DNA from: an uncultured Bacillales bacterium
GTDB lineage: Bacteria; Bacillota_I; Bacilli_A; RF39; UBA660
NCBI GenBank assembly: GCA_946615975.1
Contig: CAMOID010000002.1
Span: forward strand, 7,808-71,807
Length of the DNA stretch: 64,000 bases
Direction: 5' to 3'
Shown piece by piece: positions 8,409 through 18,220 of the stretch (the stretch's first letter is position 1; each line of letters starts with the position of its first letter). The notes under the pieces are model-generated. The model had not been told where the DNA came from, made no database searches, and worked only from the letters and a program-made list of their open reading frames with translations. A program made the position numbers and the translations under genes.

Positions 8409-10407
8409 ATTCATAAACTATAAGTTCGTGTTGAGCTCTAGTAACAGCTACATAATATAAATATGGATCTGAATCAAAGTTATTTACAATTAAACATGCA
8501 TCAAACTCTAATCCTTTAACTCCATATGCAGGAGCTACTACTAAATCTGTTTTAAATGTTTCAGTATTAATATCGATTACCGATATTATATCGAAGTTCT
8601 TTTTAAAACTTTGACATATTAACTTAGCTTCATCTATTGTCTTAGTTATAATAGCAACTGATTTATATTTAGAATGTAAATAATTAATATCTCTACCTAT
8701 ATGTTTAATATCAGACATTTCTCTTTTAATTACAGGTAAGTTTTGATCTCTTCTGATAGCTGATACATGTTTTAATCCTAATATCTTATTAGCATGCTCA
8801 ATTATCTCTGGAGAAGATCTATATGTCTTATTTAATTCAATATATCTAGAATCTTCAAATAAGTCTAATAATACATTTAAATTATCATATTTGTAGAATG
8901 GATTAACTGTTTGATTAACATCTCCTAATATAGTAAAGTCTGCATTTTTAAATATATGTCTTAGTATCTTATATTGTAAGTATGTATAATCTTGAGCTTC
9001 ATCTACTACTACTTGTCTCATATATACTTGATATGGATATCCTCCTAATAAACATTTCATATATATAAATGGAGTAGCATCTTCATATCTAATAATTTCT
9101 TCATCTAAATTTCTTTCATTTTCATTTTGTTTATACATATGAGTATAGTATTTACTAAATATAGCTGATTTAAAGAATGCTTTATATATTTCTTTACAAT
9201 CAACTGGGAAATTTACTATCTTAAATAATTTATTTTTAATATGGTTAAAATCATTTTCTAAACCTTTATAATATCTATTATTAATCTTATCCGCTATTAA
9301 CTCTATTCTTTCATATAATGGTTTATCAGCAAATCTTTCTATTAATAATTGATTTAATTCCATTTGTTCTACTTTTACTTTTTTATATTCTAAATCTTTA
9401 ATAAATCTAGATGCTTTAGTAAAGTATTTAACAAATTCTTCTATAGCTTTACCCATATCATCTGATAATTTAAAACGTATAAGATCATTGTCTTGTCTAA
9501 CACCTTTATAATATCTTTCAGTAAATGCAGAGTATGATTCTACACCTTTGTATTCTTCTATAAATGAAGATGCAAATTCATGATATGTAGTTTGCATTGT
9601 ATTTTCTTCACCTAAATCTGGTAATACGTTAGAAATATATTCAGTAAATATATTATTAGGTGAGAATATAACAACATTAGATGATGTTAAATAATCTAAC
9701 TTATATAGTAAGTATGCAATTCTATGTAACGCTACTGAAGTTTTACCAGATCCTGCTATACCTTGAACTATTAAATTCTTATCCTCTGAATTTCTAATAA
9801 CTTCATTTTGTTCTTTTTGAATAGTATTAACAATATTCTTCATTTTATCTGATGAAGATTGTGCTAATACATTTTGAAGCATTTCATCAGATATTTGTTC
9901 TGATGTATCAAATACTTGTTTAAGTTTAGATTTTTCAATTTTATATTGTCTTTTTCTAGTAATAATACCTTTTTCAATACCACCTGGACTCTTATATTCT
10001 GCTTTACCTAAACCATAGTCATAGTAAAGGCCACATAAAGGAGCTCTCCAATCACATACTAGATAATCTAAATCTTTCTTTACAGAAGTTAAACCAATAT
10101 AAATTAATTCGTCGTTAAAAATGATAGATCCAAAATATGGACTATCTTTAACTTTATATAATTTCTTTAAATATTTTTCTTCTTCTGTTAATTTTCCAAT
10201 TCTTTCTTCGTTTTCTGCAAAGAAATTTAATCTTTCACCTGAGTCCATCTCACGATAGGATTCCCAAGATACTTTTTGGAAAGTTTTATAATCATCTGAT
10301 CCTTCAAATAACTTTTTAGATGCATGATCTATTTGATCATTTATGACAGCTAATGTATCAGATAATTTCTTTTCTTCTATTACTAGTTCTTCTTTACTTA
10401 TTGCCAT
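8407..10407 (-). CDS. helD: HelD-type UvrD/Rep superfamily-1 helicase (RNA polymerase recycling factor, helicase IV-like)
   Basis: N-terminal coiled-coil region, Walker A IVQGIAGSGKTSVALHRIAYLLY, VVVDEAQDY, and C-terminal LYYVAVTRAQHELIVY. Confidence 0.8.
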   Translation of the reverse strand: MAISKEELVIEEKKLSDTLAVINDQIDHASKKLFEGSDDYKTFQKVSWESYREMDSGERLNFFAENEERIGKLTEEEKYLKKLYKVKDSPYFGSIIFNDELIYIGLTSVKKDLDYLVCDWRAPLCGLYYDYGLGKAEYKSPGGIEKGIITRKRQYKIEKSKLKQVFDTSEQISDEMLQNVLAQSSSDKMKNIVNTIQKEQNEVIRNSEDKNLIVQGIAGSGKTSVALHRIAYLLYKLDYLTSSNVVIFSPNNIFTEYISNVLPDLGEENTMQTTYHEFASSFIEEYKGVESYSAFTERYYKGVRQDNDLIRFKLSDDMGKAIEEFVKYFTKASRFIKDLEYKKVKVEQMELNQLLIERFADKPLYERIELIADKINNRYYKGLENDFNHIKNKLFKIVNFPVDCKEIYKAFFKSAIFSKYYTHMYKQNENERNLDEEIIRYEDATPFIYMKCLLGGYPYQVYMRQVVVDEAQDYTYLQYKILRHIFKNADFTILGDVNQTVNPFYKYDNLNVLLDLFEDSRYIELNKTYRSSPEIIEHANKILGLKHVSAIRRDQNLPVIKREMSDIKHIGRDINYLHSKYKSVAIITKTIDEAKLICQSFKKNFDIISVIDINTETFKTDLVVAPAYGVKGLEFDACLIVNNFDSDPYLYYVAVTRAQHELIVYE

Positions 10408-10461
10408 GTAACATCCTCATCTCTAGCATAACATATATAATTATACCAAAGAAAAGTTATT

Positions 10462-10497
10462 AAAAAAGAAAAGTTAACGCTTATTTACGTTAACTTT
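10462..10497 (-). terminator. Terminator after the 281-aa membrane protein gene
   Basis: Stem agttaacg/cgttaact (10472-10479 / 10488-10495) followed by TTTCTTTTTT on the minus strand. Confidence 0.65.
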
Positions 10498-11341
10498 ATA
10501 TACTTACTTCTTTTATTATTTCGTTGTCTAATTGATCTATTACTTTAATATATATTTTATCTACAAATACTTTTGATAAAGTAAATTCTTCACTAGTTTC
10601 TTGATAGTTATATCCATCTAAACTATATGAATAAGATCTAATACCAGATAATGAATCAATAGCATCGATTTCAAATTTTATATTTTTCTTATTTTTAACA
10701 AATGTAACATTTTTAATAATTGGTTGTTCTTTATCAATAAGTATTTCTAACTTATTAGACTTCAAAGAATATTTTTTATTATTCTTATTATATGCTCTTA
10801 CATATACATTCCAATTACCTGAATTACCTATTGTAAATTCAGTTCCTTCAAAGTTAGTCCAAACACAGTTATTTGTATTATCTGCTAAAGTCATACAATA
10901 TTGATAATTAGTAAAATTTTCTAATCCACTTTTAGCAACAACTCTAACAATATTATTAGTTGTATATCCTTGATATTCACTTTTTATAAATGGTCCATCT
11001 ACATTTAACGTTACATAGGATAATTTATAACCAAAGTAACCAATTATACCTAATAAAAATACTATTAATGTTAAGAAAATAGTAAATAATCTATTTTCTG
11101 CTACATATATCTTAACTATTTTATTTTCAGGTATTTTAGTACCTTCAGGTGGGTCTACTTTTACAACTGTTCCACTTTTATAATTAAGATTAAATTTCTT
11201 TATAGATTTTTTTCTTACTTTTATTTTTCTCTTTGATAGATAGTCACGAGCATCATCTTCATATTTACCAACTATTTCTGGAATTTTATTATATTTTACT
11301 TTTTCTTTTTCCATAGATAACACCCTTTCTATTATCACCAT
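10496..11341 (-). CDS. Single-pass membrane protein with an N-terminal PASTA-like module and C-terminal Ig/Fn3-like domains
   Basis: IPEIVGKYEDDARDYLSKRKIKV...SGTVVKVDPPEGTKIPENKIVKIYV (PASTA-like pattern), then TM LFTIFLTLIVFLLGIIGYFGY, then a beta-rich region. Confidence 0.5.
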   Translation of the reverse strand: MVIIERVLSMEKEKVKYNKIPEIVGKYEDDARDYLSKRKIKVRKKSIKKFNLNYKSGTVVKVDPPEGTKIPENKIVKIYVAENRLFTIFLTLIVFLLGIIGYFGYKLSYVTLNVDGPFIKSEYQGYTTNNIVRVVAKSGLENFTNYQYCMTLADNTNNCVWTNFEGTEFTIGNSGNWNVYVRAYNKNNKKYSLKSNKLEILIDKEQPIIKNVTFVKNKKNIKFEIDAIDSLSGIRSYSYSLDGYNYQETSEEFTLSKVFVDKIYIKVIDQLDNEIIKEVSI

Positions 11342-11371
11342 AATTATATGATATATAAGTTATTATTTCAA

Positions 11372-11399
11372 TAAAAAAGGATTAAATAAATTAATCCTT
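11372..11399 (-). terminator. Terminator after obg
   Basis: Stem aaggattaa/ttaatcctt (11377-11385 / 11391-11399) plus a T-run on the minus strand. Confidence 0.65.
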
Positions 11400-12680
11400 C
11401 CATTCAAATATATAATCAAAGATTTGAACATCATCACCACGGTTAGCACCAAGTCTTTCTAATTCTTTATCAATGCCCATACCTTTTAATTTTCTACCAA
11501 ATCTTTCTACAGATTCATCTTCATTAAATCTAGTCATTAGGAATAATGTTTCAACTTCTCTTCCAGTTAATAACCATACACCATTATCTTGTTTTGTAAT
11601 AGTAAATGGTTTTTCTTTATTAAATTTATATAAGATATGTGATTCTAATTTTTCATTATCTTCATATAATTTAACTTCGTCTAACTTTTTAACTTCTTCA
11701 CATAAATAATCTACTAATTCTTCTAATCCTTGATTATTTATTGAAGATATTGGGAATATTTTTTCATTTGGATATTTAGCTTTAAATTTAACTAAATTAT
11801 CTTTAGCATCAGGCAAATCCATCTTTGAGGCAATTATAATAGATGGTTTTTCTATTAATGCTTTATCATATTTTTCCATTTCATTTTTAATAGTTTCATA
11901 TGATTCAATTGGATCAGTTAATTCTAATGCACCCATGTCTACCACATGAGCAATAATTTTAGTACGCATTGCATGTTTTAAGAATTTAATACCTAATCCA
12001 ATTCCTTCAGATGCTCCTTCTATCATACCTGGTAAATCAGCCATGATAAATGAATCACCTTTTTTATTTCTAACAAATCCTAAATTAGGATTTAATGTTG
12101 TGAAATGATATGCACCTGTTTTAGCTCCTGCATTTGATATCATATTTATTAAAGTAGATTTACCAACTGATGGGAAACCAACTAAACCAACATCTGCTAA
12201 AACTTTAAGTTCACATTTAACTCTAATCTTTTCACCTGGTTCACCAAGTTCAGACATTCTTGGAGCTGGATTATCATGTGTTGCAAATGCTGCATTTCCT
12301 AATCCGCCTCTTCCACCTCTTGCTATTACAACAGATTCTCCTGGTTTAACTAAATCAGCAATTACATCTCCTGTATCAACATTAGTGACTGTAGTACCAC
12401 ATGGTACTTTAATTACTAAATCAGTAGCATTAGAACCATTCATATTAGAACCTTTACCATTTACACCTTTATCAGCTTTAATATGTTTCATCATCTTTAA
12501 ATCTATTAATGTTTTTAAACCTGGTTCAGTTTTAAATATAACAGATGATCCTTTTCCACCATTACCACCATTTGGTCCACCCATATCAACGAATTTTTCT
12601 CTTCTAAATGATGTACATCCATCTCCACCTTTACCAGCTTCGACATTTATTACTACTTCATCTACAAACATGGATTCCAC
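11391..12680 (-). CDS. obg: GTPase Obg/CgtA
   Basis: Glycine-rich Obg fold (GGDGCTSFRREKF, GGNGGKGSS, GGRGGLGN), G1 motif GFPSVGKSTL, DLPGMIEGA, and a C-terminal OCT-type domain. Confidence 0.95.
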   Translation of the reverse strand: MESMFVDEVVINVEAGKGGDGCTSFRREKFVDMGGPNGGNGGKGSSVIFKTEPGLKTLIDLKMMKHIKADKGVNGKGSNMNGSNATDLVIKVPCGTTVTNVDTGDVIADLVKPGESVVIARGGRGGLGNAAFATHDNPAPRMSELGEPGEKIRVKCELKVLADVGLVGFPSVGKSTLINMISNAGAKTGAYHFTTLNPNLGFVRNKKGDSFIMADLPGMIEGASEGIGLGIKFLKHAMRTKIIAHVVDMGALELTDPIESYETIKNEMEKYDKALIEKPSIIIASKMDLPDAKDNLVKFKAKYPNEKIFPISSINNQGLEELVDYLCEEVKKLDEVKLYEDNEKLESHILYKFNKEKPFTITKQDNGVWLLTGREVETLFLMTRFNEDESVERFGRKLKGMGIDKELERLGANRGDDVQIFDYIFEWKD

Positions 12681-12686
12681 CTCCTT

Positions 12687-12950
12687 TTAATTAAGTTCAA
12701 TTATTGTACAACCAATATTCATATTATACAAGTAATATTTCTTAACCTTTTTGTTTCTTTTTAAATCTCTATGTATTTTATTCTTTAAAATATGAAGCCC
12801 ATTTCCGTGAATTACAACAATCTTTTTCTTTCTTAATTTATAATTATCATCTATAAAATCATTTACCACAGTCATAACGGTGTCCTCAGTATAACCATGA
12901 ACATCTAACTGTGGTAATATTTCTATAAAAGGATCAATTTTTTTAAACAC
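12687..12950 (-). CDS. Smr (small MutS-related) domain protein
   Basis: LDVHGYTEDTVMTVV...KKIVVIHGNGLHILKNKI matches the Smr D-x-H-G ... I-H-G-x-G pattern. Confidence 0.6.
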   Translation of the reverse strand: MFKKIDPFIEILPQLDVHGYTEDTVMTVVNDFIDDNYKLRKKKIVVIHGNGLHILKNKIHRDLKRNKKVKKYYLYNMNIGCTIIELN

Positions 12951-14022
12951 TTTGTGTTGTATCTGTAGGTTGTTGTTCTACACCTGCAGCAGGTGCTTGT
13001 GCTTGAGCAGCTGCAGCAGCTTGTTGAGCTTCAATTTGAGCTCTAATCTCTGGTGGTGCATAATTAATGTCACCTTCCCATTTAACTTCATTTGTTTGAG
13101 TTTTTCTAGAACCTAATCCTAGTTTTTCTCTTAATCCTGAATTATCTAATACATCATCAATTTCAGGAATAGCAGATACTTCACCAATTTTTGCAAGTGA
13201 TAAACCTGCTGCAACATTAGCTAATTTAATAGAATCATCTAATGAAACATTATTCATGATTGCAAATGTAAATGCACCAGTGAAAACTGAATCAAAAGAT
13301 GAAACATCTAATGCTAACATTTTCATTTCTGGTAATATCTTAACTCTACCATCTTCACAGTAAAGAATCTTTCTATTATCTAATATGATTATATAGTTAC
13401 TTGAACCAACAGCATCTACAACTCTTTGATAAAAATCAACATATCCTTCTGCAGATCCATCTGGTTCAGATTTAGTTAAATTCTTACAGAAGTTTTCAGT
13501 ACATACAACCCATGTACATTTTTTACACATTGTTAAAGTATCTTTATCTGCTCTTCTTGCATAGAATACAGTTTTAACTGTACCATTTGTATTTAATAAT
13601 GCTAATGTACCTGCAGGATCTGATCCATCTAATACAGCCCAATCAGGAATAAAATCATATTTATATTTTTCTAGATTAGCACTTCTATTATTATATAAAA
13701 TCTTTGTATTGAATCCTGTCTTATTGTTTAAAATAATATAATTACATGCAGTTCCAACTTCAAAGTTTGTTTCTAGATATTTGTGTTCTACTCTATTTGT
13801 TTTAAAATCATTTCTTAGTTTTTCAGCAAAACCATCATCACCTACAACACCTGTATAATGAACTGACATTCCCCATTTACCTAATAAACATGCTGCAGTT
13901 GCAGATATACCTCCAACTGTTTCAGTTTTATTTTCTATATAGAAAATATCTCCTTCTTCTGGAAATGATTCCAAAGGCATATAAATATTAATAGAAGGTT
14001 TTCCTATTACTATAGTTTCCAT
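12943..14022 (-). CDS. PfkB/ribokinase-family protein with a degenerate catalytic motif and an Ala/Gln-rich C-terminal tail
   Basis: The N-terminal GGISATAACLLGKWGMSVHYTGVVGDDGFA resembles PfkB signature 1. Where DTxGAGDxF is expected the sequence reads DVSSFDSVFTGAF. The tail is AQIEAQQAAAAAQAQAPAAGVEQQP. Confidence 0.65.
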   Translation of the reverse strand: METIVIGKPSINIYMPLESFPEEGDIFYIENKTETVGGISATAACLLGKWGMSVHYTGVVGDDGFAEKLRNDFKTNRVEHKYLETNFEVGTACNYIILNNKTGFNTKILYNNRSANLEKYKYDFIPDWAVLDGSDPAGTLALLNTNGTVKTVFYARRADKDTLTMCKKCTWVVCTENFCKNLTKSEPDGSAEGYVDFYQRVVDAVGSSNYIIILDNRKILYCEDGRVKILPEMKMLALDVSSFDSVFTGAFTFAIMNNVSLDDSIKLANVAAGLSLAKIGEVSAIPEIDDVLDNSGLREKLGLGSRKTQTNEVKWEGDINYAPPEIRAQIEAQQAAAAAQAQAPAAGVEQQPTDTTQSV

Positions 14023-14063
14023 ATAATCACCCTATTCTTCTATTTAACATTATAATATAAAAC

Positions 14064-14097
14064 AATAAAAAAAACTATATACTAGATATAGTTTTTT
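14064..14097. terminator. Terminator after the TPR protein gene
   Basis: Stem aactatat/atatagtt (14073-14080 / 14086-14093) with an A8 run upstream and a T6 run downstream. Confidence 0.65.
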
Positions 14098-15962
14098 AGT
14101 CTTAATGTAAATGTTTCTTTTTCTTTTTCATCTAATCTAGGATCTGATAACATAGTGCTTACAAAATTACATAATTCTGTACCTTCATCTTCTAATCCCA
14201 TTTGTAGATAAACTTTAGCACAACTCATAAGATATTCAATCTTATCTATTAATCCTCTTTTTTTAATAGAACCTAATCTTATAAGATTATGTACATTAGT
14301 ATTTCCTTTCTTTATATCATCTCTTAATTTTTCTTCTTCTGCTGTTAAGTCATATGATACAAAGTCATCTTCTGTATAACATGATATCTTTTTACCATTT
14401 TTAATTTTATTTATTATTTCTTTTTCTTTTCTATATTCAATTGGCATATTATAGTAAATAACATTCATAGCTTCACATGATTCTAATGAATCTACTGCTT
14501 CATCAAATTCATTTAATTTAACATGACATATTGATTCAATATAATATAATTTAATATTTTCTTCTGGATAATAATAATCATATCTTGGTATTAATGCTAA
14601 TACTTTATTATATTTACCTACTTTAAAATATGAATATATTAAATTATATATATCTTCAGGTGATATATATCCTGTCTTAGATTTAGAATAATATTCAATT
14701 GCTTTTGGATAATTCTTTAATGAATAATAACAATATCCAATTCTATTAGATATAAATGGACTTGTATATTTATCACTTGATTCTAATTCTATTAATTGAT
14801 TAATAGCTTCTATATATTTTCCTGATGATATATTATTTTCTATTTCATCAGTAGTTTTATTAAAATATAATATTTCTTCTTCTGTTAATGAACGATTCAT
14901 TTCAATTAATATGTTTAATTCATTTATTTCATAGTCAACATCTTTAAAGATATTCATTCTTTTCATTTCTGCATCAAATTTAAGAAGTGATTCTTTAGCT
15001 TTTTCATAGTTTCTTTGATTTTTATATTCTTTATATAAAGCATAATAATTTTTATCATGTACTTCTTCCTTAACTGGATTTAATAGTTTATCTATAAATT
15101 CACCAGATAAAGAAGGAAGATGATTATATGCTAGTACTTCACTTAAACTCTTATTTTCTACTTCAATAACCATAGAGTCTTTTATATATTTAAGATTTAA
15201 TTGATTTAAATATACTAATTCATCTACTAATAAAGTATATATTTCATATTTAATTGAAGGATTTCTTAAATTTTCTAATTCTTCTTTTAAGAATCTTTCT
15301 AGTCTATAGTAATCTTGTTCTTTTAGTAATGCTAATATTACTGAATCAGGATCTCCTGTACAAGATAAATCAGTATGTTTACTTACTCTTCTATGATTAG
15401 TAGATAATCTACGTAATTCTTTCATTAATTCAGCTATTACTATAAATGGTAATGTTTCTTGATGTTCATCATAGAAGTGATGTAAATCTTTAGTAATATC
15501 ATATGATTTTTTTTGTTCATCTAATTCTATAGCTGCTAATAATTCTAATTCTTTTCTTTTTAAATTATTTCTAGTTACTTCACTTTCAAATTTATTGTCA
15601 TTTAATATATATTCTGTTTTATCTTCTAATTTTAATAATCCTGAATATAATAATTTAGAAAAATAACAATTTGGATAATCACGATTATATAAAGATAGTA
15701 AATATGCTGCTTCTCCATACATTTTTAAATCAATAAATTTATATATGTGATATAAATAACTGTTATCATTTTTTTCTTTTTCAAAGTATACAGTTGGATC
15801 TATAGACATATCTAATAAATTAATAATATAATCTGTAAATATAGCATCATCAACAATGATTATTTCTCCATCTATATCTCTTAATTTACCTTCATATAAT
15901 AATTTATTAATATTTTCTTCGGTATAACCCATCATTAATAAATATTCTTTCATAGTCATCAA
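14082..15962 (-). CDS. TPR-repeat protein (626 aa)
   Basis: Repeated 34-aa-like helical units such as YCYYSLKNYPKAIEYYSKS and YSYFKVGKYNKVLALI. No enzymatic motif. Confidence 0.55.
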   Translation of the reverse strand: MMTMKEYLLMMGYTEENINKLLYEGKLRDIDGEIIIVDDAIFTDYIINLLDMSIDPTVYFEKEKNDNSYLYHIYKFIDLKMYGEAAYLLSLYNRDYPNCYFSKLLYSGLLKLEDKTEYILNDNKFESEVTRNNLKRKELELLAAIELDEQKKSYDITKDLHHFYDEHQETLPFIVIAELMKELRRLSTNHRRVSKHTDLSCTGDPDSVILALLKEQDYYRLERFLKEELENLRNPSIKYEIYTLLVDELVYLNQLNLKYIKDSMVIEVENKSLSEVLAYNHLPSLSGEFIDKLLNPVKEEVHDKNYYALYKEYKNQRNYEKAKESLLKFDAEMKRMNIFKDVDYEINELNILIEMNRSLTEEEILYFNKTTDEIENNISSGKYIEAINQLIELESSDKYTSPFISNRIGYCYYSLKNYPKAIEYYSKSKTGYISPEDIYNLIYSYFKVGKYNKVLALIPRYDYYYPEENIKLYYIESICHVKLNEFDEAVDSLESCEAMNVIYYNMPIEYRKEKEIINKIKNGKKISCYTEDDFVSYDLTAEEEKLRDDIKKGNTNVHNLIRLGSIKKRGLIDKIEYLMSCAKVYLQMGLEDEGTELCNFVSTMLSDPRLDEKEKETFTLRLKNYI

Positions 15963-16007
15963 TCCTTAAGTTCTATTTATTATAGTTTAATTATTATTAT
16001 AATTCAA

Positions 16008-16035
16008 TAAAAAAAGAACATATAAATGTTCTTTT
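16008..16035 (-). terminator. Terminator after the ADP-ribosylglycohydrolase gene
   Basis: Stem aagaacat/atgttctt (16015-16022 / 16027-16034) plus a T-run on the minus strand. Confidence 0.65.
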
Positions 16036-16966
16036 ATTGCATTGATATATCTTCATATTTATCTATCATATCAAGTATATAATCTTTTTTCTTAATTTTA
16101 TCTACCCATCTATCTGGAATATTACCATATACAAATCCTGTTATAGATCCAACTAATGCACATGTAGTGTCTGCATCTCTTCCAAGTTTAACTGAATTAA
16201 TGATTGATTCTTCATATGATCTTGAATTCAAAGCAACCCAGAATACTGCTTGAAGTGTATCTAAAATAAATCCACTTGTAGAAATATCATCTACACTTAA
16301 TTTATCTAGATTCTTAGTTAATAATTTAACATAATAACTAGTTGCTCTTATACCTGCATATTCTACATAATGTCTATATTTAAAAGTTCTTTCATATGCT
16401 TCTCTTATAGTTTTACCTGAGAAAATATAATGCATAAATTTAACATATATAAAACATCCTAATACTGCAACTTTATGTGAGTGAGTTAATGATGAACAAT
16501 TTTTAACTATTTCATATGTTTCATCATCAGACATTGATTTATAGTAAGTATAAACTGCAACTGGTAACATTCTTGATAATGAACCATTTCCATTATCACT
16601 TATATTACCTTGACCACATTTTTTAATATTTTCATCACTTCTATATTTTAATATTGCAGTTCTTGTAATTTTACCTATATCAAACAATTTACCTGAAGCT
16701 GTATATTCACCATTTGAATACCAACAGCAGAAGTTTTTCATTATGTCTTCATAATCATATCCATTATTATTGATTACTGAATCCATAGTAGCAAGTGTCA
16801 TAGACGTATCATCAGACCATGAACCTGGAGGTTCGTTATGAGTTTTATAACCAACCATTTCGCCTATTTTTTCTTTCTTTAAATTTTGTCTTTGGTACCC
16901 TTCATACGGTACTCCAAAAGCATCACCAACGATGAAACCTAGGAATGTGTCTCTTATTTTTGACAT
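16034..16966 (-). CDS. ADP-ribosylglycohydrolase (ARH/DraG family)
   Basis: GFIVGDAFGVPYEG, GSWSDDTSMTLA and GRDADTTCALVGSITG are the metal-binding motifs of the family. I prefer the ATG at 16966 (GGAG RBS 9 nt upstream) over the ORF-track start at 17008. Confidence 0.8.
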   Translation of the reverse strand: MSKIRDTFLGFIVGDAFGVPYEGYQRQNLKKEKIGEMVGYKTHNEPPGSWSDDTSMTLATMDSVINNNGYDYEDIMKNFCCWYSNGEYTASGKLFDIGKITRTAILKYRSDENIKKCGQGNISDNGNGSLSRMLPVAVYTYYKSMSDDETYEIVKNCSSLTHSHKVAVLGCFIYVKFMHYIFSGKTIREAYERTFKYRHYVEYAGIRATSYYVKLLTKNLDKLSVDDISTSGFILDTLQAVFWVALNSRSYEESIINSVKLGRDADTTCALVGSITGFVYGNIPDRWVDKIKKKDYILDMIDKYEDISMQ

Positions 16967-17071
16967 ACAAACCATCTCCTTCAATTTCACATATTTCTTA
17001 ACCACCATTTTATTCCATAATTACTTTGGCTTTACTATAACAAAAAAATCACAAAAAATAAACAAAAATAA

Positions 17072-17100
17072 TAAAAAAAGCAATAATTTTTTTATTGCTT
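17072..17100 (-). terminator. Terminator after the LCP gene
   Basis: Stem aagcaataa/ttattgctt (17078-17086 / 17092-17100) plus a T-run on the minus strand. Confidence 0.65.
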
Positions 17101-17101
17101 T

Positions 17102-18220
17102 CTATTTTAATGCTTCTTGAATAACCACTTTAGCTTTATCAATAGATTCTTGATTTGGGAACATTACCCAATCATTTCCTTGTCCTAAATTAACTGGAGC
17201 ATGTCCATCAGATCCATCTACTGATTGTTGATTAATCTTCCAATTATTACCGTTTGCCATTGTATCTTTAATGATAGCTGTAACATTTGCCATAGGTACT
17301 GTTGTTTCATACATACCATCAACAGCAGTTAATACTGAATCAAACTTAGTAATAATGTCAGGAGATGCCATCTTCTTAAATATTGCTGTCATTAATGCTT
17401 GAACATTCTTTTGTCTAGCTCTATCTCCACCTGGTAATTTTAATCTTTCTCTAGATATAGTTAATACTTGAATACCATTTAAATGTTGCCATCCTGGTAC
17501 TACATGTAACTTAGATCCAGTTGAATCATCATATGTATCTAATACTTGTGCATGTGTAGTCCAATATTCTCCATCATCATTGTAATATTCAATTCCACCT
17601 ATTGTATCAACAAGTGTTACAACAGATGTTGTATCAATATCTAAATAATAATCAATCTTAATATCAAATAAGTTTGCAAGTGAATCACTTGTAACATTTA
17701 TACCTTGTCTAATAAATGATAATTTATCTTTCTTACCATATCCAGCTACTTCAATATAATAATCTCTTGGTACAGATGTCATTAAAACTGTTTGTTTAGT
17801 AACATTAACAGTTAAAATCATATTAAAGTCTCTGAAGTTATCAAAGTCATGTCCTGATATTAAAATATTATATGCTTCAGTTGGTCCTTCTACTTTTTCA
17901 CTACTACCAAAACTTGTCTTTAAGAAACTAAATGTTTTATTTATATAGTAATTACCAATTATATTTATATCACAGAATAAAACTAAGAATATAAAGAAGA
18001 ATGCTCTTAATAATTTCTTTTTAACATTTATTAATAATAAGAATAATAAATTAATAAGTGTATAACCACCTATAGCAGCAATTAAGAATTTAGTTGGTAA
18101 AATATCAATTGATATAACTTGATATAAAACTATTATTGAATAAACTATACTAAATAATAATACTAAATTCATTTTTTTGAATCTTAATTTTTTTCTATGT
18201 TTTGCTTTATAACGTGCCAT
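17102..18220 (-). CDS. LytR-CpsA-Psr (LCP) family cell-wall glycopolymer ligase
   Basis: Basic N-terminus, TM segments, then ILISGHD...FNMILTVN...LMTSVPRDYY...KLSFI and a SRERLKLPGGDRARQ region typical of LCP. The ORF-track start at 18283 is a TTG; the ATG at 18220 (MARYKAKHRKK, GGTGA RBS) is more plausible. Confidence 0.8.
   Translation of the reverse strand: MARYKAKHRKKLRFKKMNLVLLFSIVYSIIVLYQVISIDILPTKFLIAAIGGYTLINLLFLLLINVKKKLLRAFFFIFLVLFCDINIIGNYYINKTFSFLKTSFGSSEKVEGPTEAYNILISGHDFDNFRDFNMILTVNVTKQTVLMTSVPRDYYIEVAGYGKKDKLSFIRQGINVTSDSLANLFDIKIDYYLDIDTTSVVTLVDTIGGIEYYNDDGEYWTTHAQVLDTYDDSTGSKLHVVPGWQHLNGIQVLTISRERLKLPGGDRARQKNVQALMTAIFKKMASPDIITKFDSVLTAVDGMYETTVPMANVTAIIKDTMANGNNWKINQQSVDGSDGHAPVNLGQGNDWVMFPNQESIDKAKVVIQEALK

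Noticed and set aside
12955-13045. A local GC-rich patch in an otherwise AT-rich region, as possibly foreign DNA.
   Set aside because: It is explained by GCN and CAA codons for the Ala/Gln-rich tail of the PfkB-like protein. There are no flanking repeats or mobility genes.
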